Shown here: one piece after another, positions 1-8,446 of the stretch | Layout: each line of letters begins with the position of its first letter | How positions within the stretch are numbered: the first letter of the stretch is position 1 | Assembly: GCA_048884785.1 (NCBI GenBank) | Contig: JBHLQM010000033.1 | Location: 1 to 34,821 of the forward strand | Reading direction: 5' to 3' | DNA length: 34,821 bases | Source: Candidatus Thorarchaeota archaeon | Lineage (GTDB): Archaea > Asgardarchaeota > Thorarchaeia > Thorarchaeales > Thorarchaeaceae | Notes under the pieces: model-generated | What the model was told of the DNA's origin: nothing | Seen by the model: the letters and a program-made list of their open reading frames with translations, nothing else | Databases searched by the model: none | Position numbers and translations under genes: made by a program

Positions 1-2120
1 TCAATTAATAGAGCAGCTACACCTGCAGCTACTGGAGCAGCCTGACTGGTTCCAGAGAATACAGTGTAGTTGGCATATGTGGATCCAGGTTGCCAGTATG
101 GCACCCAGTATTCCGCCCACCATGGTACAGCTGAATAGCCAGCAAGACCAGGAGCGAGAACATCAGGCTTTGGATAGCCAGAGAATGATGGACCCCTGCT
201 TGAGAACGATGCGATACCATTTGCATAGGTATCAACAGATGGACCGTATAAGGACTCTAGCCATTTACTGGATGTTGATGCACCAACAGTAAGAACGCTT
301 GTTGCAGCACCAGGTGGAGCAATGGTCATGTAGCCTGCGCCTTCATTACCAGCTGAGAAGACATGGAGTACTCCTGGGTATCCAGCCTTAATGTAGTTTG
401 GCTGAGAGAGAATCTCCCAAGTGAATCCCAGATAGTCAAACTGACTTGCAGGAGTGGTTACCCAACCCCAAGAGTTGGTCACTAAATCTGCCCTGTGATT
501 ACCTGTGTAGTAGAAGTAATCAGATGTCTCATTGTAGTCGAAACCACAGACCCATAGGTATGAACCCCAGTTACCACCAGCAGTGATAGCCTTGGCAGAG
601 ATGAGGTCTGCACCAGGAGCGATACCTGTCATCTTGAATGTAGAAGCAGTACCTGCGTCATAGTATGTCCCAGTACCATCAGCAGCAACGTGGGCTGCAG
701 TAGCGGTACCGTGAGTACCAGCGTCATGGTAGAGACCAAAGGCCATACCGTCTGACCTGAACCTGTAGACATACTCTTCCGTGAACGGCAATCCTGGAAG
801 GTCCGAGAAATACGGATCAGTAGCAATTAGGTCATAGACATATCCAATGCTACCGATTGAGTAGTCATCGATTCCATCACCAGTGTAGTCGTGTGCGAGG
901 TGTGGGTTGTTTATATCGTAGACCTCATCTGCAATATCATCAGTGAAGTCATGGTCAAACAAGGCAGCCATTGGAGCCCAGTTTGCAGACACGTTGAAGT
1001 CAAGTGTCCTGTATCTCCAGGCACCCTGGAAGAACCTGTTCCATCCTTCTGCACCCTCCCAATCAACTGCCACCTTCCACTGCTTGTCAACAGTAGAATT
1101 CCAGAGCAGGACAGGAGTGAATATCCTTGGTGCACCACCAGATGTAGTCGGTTTACCCTGCAGCACATATCCAAAGTGAATGTCACCATAGGCTGCTGCA
1201 GCATCAGGTATCTTGTAGTCCTTCCAGACATATTGCTCAAAGAAGTCTGTTGCATTAGCGGCATTCCTAGCACCAGTGTTGTAGATATAGTACTGTGGTG
1301 AGAGAATGTTCAGACCATTATAGTTCGAGTCAACATCGAAGTCAAGAGTGATGTTCATGAAAGTTCCAGATGCATTCACATATGTCAGAACATTGCCATC
1401 TTCTAACCAGGCTGTTATGTTGCTGACATAGGTCATATTTGCGAGTGCCTTTGTCAAAACGACACCAGCACTTGTTGGGTCAAATGAATCAGCACTGTAT
1501 GCACCCTGAATATCTGGGTTTCCGAAATCACCACCAGTATCGATGTGACCTACTAACACGCCTGCACCAGTATAGTCAGTTGCAATTGTGCCAGAAGCTT
1601 GAACTATGTCTCGGAACTCAGTCATGTCGATTGTTGGTTCACTAGGCATAGCCTCGTCTAGATTTGGTGTGCCTCTAATATAGGTGTCAGCTGTGACCCC
1701 TGTGACACCATCAAGGCCTGTGATCAAGTCCAAAGCAGCTGCGTCGCTGATTCTGACCTGAGCGACCCTGAAGAGCTTGAGGTCTACCCACCAAGCTAGG
1801 TCAACTATTTCTCTTAAGCCCTCGATGTCCATCCAGGGAGCGCCATATACCAGTACATTTGGTCTTCCGCCTACGGCTACCATAGAGTCACTTATGACTC
1901 CGGTGTCTCGCCACTCGGCGAGTGCCATATCTACTCCGGGTCGGAAACCAGGTTGAGCAACTTCCCTATAGAAGTTCTCAATCTGTTCGACTTGTTCAGG
2001 AGTAAAAGTAGAAGGAGTACTGGTCTCGGCGTTCCTAACTGGTGCCATGGGCAACATAAACATAGACAAGCTCATGGCAAAAACGAGGAACAAAGCGAGA
2101 GCAATTCTCTTATTATTCAT
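1..2120 (-). CDS. Secreted pyrolysin-like S8 (subtilisin) serine protease, 3' end beyond the window edge
   Basis: Absent from the ORF track because it is open at the left edge. Manual translation from ATG 2120 gives signal peptide [27 protein letters not shown], then catalytic Asp VGHIDTG, His [18 protein letters not shown], oxyanion [20 protein letters not shown] and Ser [18 protein letters not shown]. Long insert between Asp and His. SD-like GAGGAG upstream. Confidence 0.93.
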   Translation of the reverse strand, partial: [706 protein letters not shown]

Positions 2121-2270
2121 TTTTTCTCTTTCTCCTCACAATTCTATAGAGAACAGAGATACCGAGCACAGAGGTGTTATCATGTGCTCTGAAGCAATAA
2201 CCTCGGTGCCTGCCGAGAACGCACCCCGTCGGGTAGCAAGCACTCTCCTCATTCCGCGTTCTCTACATAA
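2121..2270 (-). promoter_or_regulatory. Structured 5' leader of the S8 protease; candidate cis-regulatory RNA switch
   Basis: Several complementary segments in the minus-strand RNA: UAGAGAAC(GC) 2265-2256 pairs with GUUCUCUA 2154-2147 or GCGUUCUC 2222-2215; GUGCUUGCU/GGCAGGCAC 9-bp stem; GAGCACA/UGUGCUC; UCUCU(G)UUCUCU can pair with the SD region GGAGAAAGAGA 2135-2125. Confidence 0.5.
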
Positions 2271-2519
2271 TGCGTGATTAATTACGTCGGACCTCGAAAG
2301 CTCTATTAAGCATTGTGCCAACCTGATATGAAGAAAAGAGTTATGAGATGCCTGAATTTCATAATGGGATGTATGAGCACTCTCATAAGTTCGTAATGGA
2401 TTTCTTAGAGCCCGGATTCGTTCGTTACTTGTGTCATATGCCTGACCATATATCCATTTACAATAATTGATATTTTACCTAAATCTCAAGCAGATAACTG
2501 GGAGCTAGGATTCCACAAC

Positions 2520-3647
2520 CTATTTCCTTGCCAGCTTCTTGACTCCATCGACAATCTCATGAACCATCATTATGGCTCCAATAAGCTCGACCTTTGGTGC
2601 TTCCCTTTCATCGTCCGGTCGTCCTGATATCCGTCCCATTGCTCTGCCAAGTCCTTCAATAAGACCCGAAAGTGCCTTCTTGGTTTCATTATCGAGACCA
2701 CTTGATCCAATCTGAGATATGAGTTCAGCCAGATCCGAAATCACGCTATCAGACACTTCAAGAGCGGTTTCAGATCTTCGAGTATAATCGTTAATCAAAG
2801 ATTCTGTTTTCTTTAGTTTCTCTTCAAGTTGTTGCATCTTTGAAGCAAGCTCACTATCCGGCAGCCCTGAAGGAGCTTGAGCCTGAGGTGGTGCTTTTGC
2901 CCCCGAGCTTTCTAACATGAGCTGAAGGTCGGCGATTTCAGACTGCAATCTACTTATTGTTTGGTCTTTCTTTGAGATAGTTGTCAGAAGCTCCTCTTCA
3001 GCAGAGGAATCAGGAGTTTCTCGCAAACGCGATTCCATTTCGGCAATTGAGGAATCTCGTTCTCCAACCGAAACTTTCAGTGCTTCAAGTTCTGAATTAA
3101 GTAAGGAAAGTGACTCCTCCTTCTCTTTGAGAAATTCATTGAGTCTCTTGTTCTCAGCCGAGAGTTCTCGATTCTCCTTAGCCTTTGACTCAACTGAGGA
3201 GGAAATTTCCTTCATTTGACCTCGTAGTTGCTCAAAATCAGGATTCGGTGGATGAATGACATATCTAGCCATAAGTGTAAAGATGACGACTACACTGAAG
3301 AGATAGATCAATGAATACACTATGCTATAGGCGAACGCCATATTTGAAACACGCTGAAGAATTGCAATGAAGACATCGTATGACCCAAAAGTTAATCCTT
3401 CGGGACCCCACCACATCGAGCCAAATCCAGCATATAGGACAAGAACTAATGATGATACTACACCAAGTATACCTATAGCAAGAGTGGCGTTCCTTCTACG
3501 CTCTTCTCTTGGAAGGTATCGTTGATAAAGGAGGAACAGTATACTACCCATTAGCATGGGAAGAACATAAGGGAGCACCGCCACAATATTGCTCCCAATT
3601 TCTGTAAATGTTATGAGCGCTTCAATTTCATGAGTCGGATTTATCAT
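2520..3647 (-). CDS. Membrane protein with 3-4 N-terminal TM helices and a long coiled coil
   Basis: 375-aa ORF with AGGAGG SD. Hydrophobic segments in the first 130 aa, then a heptad-rich E/K/L/S region. Confidence 0.85.
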   Translation of the reverse strand: MINPTHEIEALITFTEIGSNIVAVLPYVLPMLMGSILFLLYQRYLPREERRRNATLAIGILGVVSSLVLVLYAGFGSMWWGPEGLTFGSYDVFIAILQRVSNMAFAYSIVYSLIYLFSVVVIFTLMARYVIHPPNPDFEQLRGQMKEISSSVESKAKENRELSAENKRLNEFLKEKEESLSLLNSELEALKVSVGERDSSIAEMESRLRETPDSSAEEELLTTISKKDQTISRLQSEIADLQLMLESSGAKAPPQAQAPSGLPDSELASKMQQLEEKLKKTESLINDYTRRSETALEVSDSVISDLAELISQIGSSGLDNETKKALSGLIEGLGRAMGRISGRPDDEREAPKVELIGAIMMVHEIVDGVKKLARK

Positions 3648-3781
3648 ACCATATCCTCCTAAACGAGCTAAACAGGCTTGTAAGAGAAGTTCTAGAAATA
3701 TATCTCTTCTTGCATTATATTCCCCTCCGAGTAAATTGAAAAAACCACTCGTTAAGAGGGCCTAGACAAAACCAATAGAGG

Positions 3782-4072
3782 TTATTTTCGCCATAACTCT
3801 GCTTTAACGGCTTCATGCTCTTGAACAATCAGTTCCAAGGATTTGAAGAGGCGGCATACCTCATCAATACTAAGGAGAAATGCGCCTTTAATGTCTCTAT
3901 CCTCACCAAGCGAAATACGTACTTTTCCATCATTAACCCAGCCTTCATCACTCTTCACTGGAGGAGACATTTGTACCTCAAGCCAAGTTCGCCTCTTGGC
4001 GCCACTTTCTCTATCATCAAAAAAATGCTTGATTTGTAGACGTCTTTCATAATTTGCTTGTGTTTCACCCAT
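3782..4072 (-). CDS. Small hypothetical protein, possible Whirly/PC4-like ssDNA-binding fold
   Basis: 96-aa ORF with GGAGTG SD. Pattern of beta strands followed by a C-terminal helix (WLEVQMSPP...DGKVRISL...FLLSIDEV). Confidence 0.7.
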   Translation of the reverse strand: MGETQANYERRLQIKHFFDDRESGAKRRTWLEVQMSPPVKSDEGWVNDGKVRISLGEDRDIKGAFLLSIDEVCRLFKSLELIVQEHEAVKAELWRK

Positions 4073-4253
4073 CTAGTAATACACTCCGTGTAGTGGTTGC
4101 TTGCACTACAATATAATATACACCTCAATCTTTCTTTACGTCACTTCTCGTTGAATCCGAGCTTAACCAATTACCTCCATTTTTGCTGTCTCAGCCTTCA
4201 AGCAAAACCTTAACTTATATCCAATGAACCCACGTTCTGAAGGACGTCCTACA

Positions 4254-7154
4254 ATGTCACACATCACCAGAGCCCCATATAGCCTATTTGCACTTGCAGT
4301 AGTTCTTGCACTACTGGTTATTCCTATCTCTGTACCAAATGCCTACGGTACAGGGAGAGAGAATACCTCATCTACAATAATAGAGCCTGTTCTTCAGGAT
4401 ATGATAGCTGCGAATACAGACCAAGAGAAGCTCGCAATCATAATTCAATTTCCTGATTCATTTGATTCTGTGCAAATGACTGAAACCCTAAGGAACGCTA
4501 ACGTAAAGGGACTCGACATCAGAACGGTCTTCGATGTAATTCCCGTTACATCAGCATACGCATCACCGGAGGCAATACAGGATCTCACTCATATTGAAGG
4601 GATTACTGCACTCAGCCTTGACAGGAAAATTATCATTGACACATCCTCCGATGTATTTGAATTATCTCAAGTTGCTGGCACCAATGGCTATGTCCATCCA
4701 GATAAAACACTTGGAGTTGATCCTCTTTGGGCTCAGGGATTCAATGGTACAGGCATAACCGTTGCAATAGTTGATAGCGGGGCGGACGGGTCACACGTTG
4801 ACTTTCAAGACAAGATAATTGGTTTCATTGACCTTGTTGGTGGGTTGACTGATACAGATCCATCCGATGGAATCAATGCATATGATGATAATGGTCATGG
4901 AACTGCATGTGCATGGCTAGTTGCCGGAAGTGGTGCCGGGACGGATGGCAAATATACTGGGCTTGCACCTGGTGCTGATCTGCTAATTGTCAAAGCCCTT
5001 GATTCTACAGGAGTGGCAGATGACTCCGTGATTGCCGAGGGAATTCAAGCCGCAATAGATTTCGGAGTGGATGTTATCAGCTTGAGCGTTGGTGGGGAAT
5101 GGATGGATAATCCATTGATACCAGAACCCTCAGCCCAAGTTGTTAGAGCAGCTATCGATGCAGGGATTGTGGTTGTAGTTGCAGCCGGGAACTCGGGTCC
5201 TGCTACAGAAACAATAACCACCCCAGGTGTAGTTGAACACGCGATAACAGTGGGAGCATCAATTGACTCGATTGACTCAGTTCCCTTTAGTAGCCGAGGG
5301 CCTGTTAAACGAACTTTCAGGGACCCCCTCGGATACTTCACAAAACCAGACGTACTTGCTCCGGGATACTTCATACTATCAGGTATCATTGATAATCCTA
5401 ATCCAAACGAATACCCGATTTATAATGAATCCCAGTTTTCGGCCAAATACACACTTTGGTCTGGAACGTCTGCATCCTGTCCTCAGATTGCCGGACTTGC
5501 AGCCATTCTCTTGGATAAATATCCAGCTCTAACACCGATTGAAGTAAAGGCATTCATTATGGCAGGAGCAACAGACCTTGGAATTGATGCAATGGAGCAG
5601 GGATATGGTTTAGCCAATGCTACTAAATCATCAGAACTAGTTAGCTCTACTTCAGGCATTATCACAATTGTGTCACCACTTAGATATCCGACACTGCCAG
5701 GAACAGACCGGGTGTTTGTAATTGGGGATGATAGACCACCCCAAAATGTGACCGTTATATCAACTGTAAACAGAGGCTACGTGGATCTGCAAGCAACTGG
5801 GAATGCGTCTGATTTTATTGTGACTGATGAGCAAACTTTCGTGACCGTGGGCCAGACTTACTTTTCAATCAAACTTGAGGTTCCATTGAATCTGCCACTT
5901 TCTGCTCTGGGTAGATACACAGGGAAGTTGGAGATGGTGGATGATAGCACGGTGGTTGCATCCATGGAGCTCAATCTATATGTGACTGCCTATGGAGGCC
6001 GACTTCTTGTCGATATGGGCCATCATTCGTCACAAGATCCAGATGATCCAACATACTATCGTTATTTTGGAAACTATCTGCGCGAACAGGGAATGAACAT
6101 AGAAACCTATCCCACGAACTGGCAAGACACCATCTCAATTAGGCCTATTGACACAAATGCTCTTGCCACGTCTGAAGTGTTCATGATAATGGACACGGAG
6201 AATTCATATTCGGACTCCGAAATCTCGGCCATTCATGCATTTGTAGAAGATGGAGGCACTCTTCTGATTCTATCTGAAGGCTTTGATGTGACGAATAATG
6301 TACCTGCTTTTGCCATTGACTCATACAACAAGATTCTGGAACCCTATGGTATTCAATGCGAAGAAAACTGGATTGGAGCTGGTGCAGGTGGTGTCTATGG
6401 AGCAGACGCTGGAGGTGCAGTTGAGAATGATACCCTCACTGAAGGTGTTAGAAATCTGTTCATTCTAACCGGAGGAACGTTGTCAGTAGACTCTTCAGTT
6501 GCAGGAGCTGAAGGTCTCATATGGACTGATGCAGCAAGAACCCATGCGCTGCTGGCAACTGCTAGTATGGGCAAGGGGAAAGTAATCGCCCTATCAGATG
6601 GTTCTATTCTTTATGATACCACAATCTATGATGCCATTACTCTTGGCGCGGACAATCTTAGACTTTTGAGAAACATAGCGCAGAATGTACTCTCCGGAAT
6701 TCCCAAGATTTACGATGTGCAATTCAAATATGGAAACATCGGAGAGCCTGCGAACTTCACTGCATTCATCTTTGATGAGAACATTGAAAGTGTCGAGATA
6801 TCTCTCCATGACTCAAACGGGCAGGAAATTGCAGCTCCTGTAGTTGAATCACTAGGATACAAGTACTATGTTGGTTTCACACTGGAACAAGCAGGCTTCT
6901 ATGAGATCGCGATTACTGCTACCGACGTTGACGGGAATGTCAGATCGTATATCAAAACATTCCTTGTTCCTGTGCCTGCCCTTGATGATACTGTATTGAT
7001 GGGAGTCTTATATGGACTTCTTGCAGTAGTTGGTGTTGCACTAGCCTATGTTGCTATTCTGAAATTCGGAGGAAACCGGAAAAGAAGGCGAATAGTGGAA
7101 AGAGAATGGTCCCCGCAATGGGAAGATGAATCAGGTCCACCATCTATTGAATAG
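4254..7154 (+). CDS. Membrane-anchored S8 serine protease with Site-1-protease-like architecture (prodomain, catalytic, Ig-like, DUF4350/GATase-like, Ig-like, TM)
   Basis: Triad [22 protein letters not shown]; oxyanion AAGNSG; signal peptide; C-terminal TM plus RKRRR. Start at 4254 or 4224. Confidence 0.92.
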   Translation: [966 protein letters not shown]

Positions 7155-8430
7155 GACCAAGAGTCTGTTCCAGTAGTTCCTTCATCCTCTTGTGTTGAGG
7201 CTCAAGGAGAGGTCGTTCCTCTAATATGGCTCCTGACTCAATACGTTCAAGTATTTGATAGCCAATTCTTGCTCCAAGCCGAGATGCAATTACCTGCCCT
7301 CCAATCAGACGACCAGAATTGTCCGTGACCAATGCCACCTTGGAGAACTCAGCCGAATCCTCAAGATATGTGACCTGGGTACCTTGTCCCAGGGTTTTGG
7401 CAGAACTCGATGAGTGACCTACACAGACGATATCAATACCAAAAATACGGTCATATTGAAAGAGGAGTGAGGTGTCATCATATACTTTCTTTCCACCTAC
7501 GGCTGCCACTCCTGCCTGTCTACCTGCCCGTGCAGCTACGCTCCCAATAGGCATCAGTATTGATTTGCCAGTCAAAGAATCTATCATTTCAGTGCAATCG
7601 CCAACAGCATATACTCCTGGAATCGAAGTTTCCATATTTTCATCTACCTTTATGCCTCCGAGCTCGCCAATGGCAATATTCAGGCTTTTTGCAACCTCGG
7701 TACTAGGTCGCACACCTGTCATGAAAAGAACAGCATCCGTTTCGAGTACCTCATCGTTGCTCAATTCAATTCCAGTGACTGTGGCATCACCCAATACTAT
7801 TTTGGGAGATGCACCCTCATGCAAAACAAGCCGAGAAGGCAAGCGAGATTGCAGTTCCCTGCTCATTTCGTCTTCAAGCTGCCTTCTCATAAGGCGGGAT
7901 CTAATAACCATATGAACCTCTTTTTCGAGAGAAAGCAGACGTTCTGCAGCTTCTAATCCGCTGAAACCAGCTCCAACAACAACAAATCTATGCAACCTAT
8001 TCAGATTCATTCCTATCCTGCTGGTATCAGTCATATCCTTGATGGTGTAAACGCCATCCAGATGAATTCCGGGTATATTCGGTAATGCAGGGATGCCTCC
8101 TGTAGCAATGACAAGCTTATCAAATTCAACGTCGGAGGAATTTCCGTGTTCATCCAAAACTGCAAGAGAATGGCGTTTGAGACTACCACTTACGACTCTG
8201 ACACCCGCAACGACTTGTATCCTTTTCTTGGAGAGGGAATCGAATGACCACTCATTTATCGACAAGGCATTTGTATTTGGAAACTCGAAGGCCATTGAAG
8301 CTCCTGGTTTCTTGTGAGCATCGATTGTCTCACCTGTCAGGATTGTTATCTTAGCATCCCTGTCAAACGACCTTGCTGCTGTTGCAGCAGCGACTCCGCC
8401 AGGACCGTATCCAATAATGACGATTCTCAG
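7144..8430 (-). CDS. FAD/NAD(P)-dependent oxidoreductase (NADH oxidase/CoADR/rubredoxin reductase-like), probable CTG start
   Basis: The frame extends upstream of the track's start (8295) to include the FAD motif RIVIIGYGPGGVAAA. Also ATGG, NADH motif VVVGAGFSGLE and TSIPGVYAVGD. GGAGGT SD lies 6 nt before CTG 8430; in-frame TAG at 8460. Confidence 0.88.
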   Translation of the reverse strand: MRIVIIGYGPGGVAAATAARSFDRDAKITILTGETIDAHKKPGASMAFEFPNTNALSINEWSFDSLSKKRIQVVAGVRVVSGSLKRHSLAVLDEHGNSSDVEFDKLVIATGGIPALPNIPGIHLDGVYTIKDMTDTSRIGMNLNRLHRFVVVGAGFSGLEAAERLLSLEKEVHMVIRSRLMRRQLEDEMSRELQSRLPSRLVLHEGASPKIVLGDATVTGIELSNDEVLETDAVLFMTGVRPSTEVAKSLNIAIGELGGIKVDENMETSIPGVYAVGDCTEMIDSLTGKSILMPIGSVAARAGRQAGVAAVGGKKVYDDTSLLFQYDRIFGIDIVCVGHSSSSAKTLGQGTQVTYLEDSAEFSKVALVTDNSGRLIGGQVIASRLGARIGYQILERIESGAILEERPLLEPQHKRMKELLEQTLGPIQ

Positions 8431-8446
8431 ATTCAGACCTCCAGTT

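Noticed and set aside
2200-2255. Calling the leader a canonical glycine riboswitch
   Set aside because: GGAGAG...CACCGA is present, but the GAAG continuation and the CUCUCAGG binding-pocket strand are missing; kept only as an unclassified candidate.
29-2321. Ten short ORFs in the track across 29-2321
   Set aside because: They are shadow or alternate frames of the real minus-strand S8 gene (<1..2120) and its leader; no protein-like motifs.
2520-7154. Membrane coiled-coil protein as the substrate of the S1P-like protease
   Set aside because: Only proximity supports it; no DNA-binding domain or clear extracellular RxxL site was seen.
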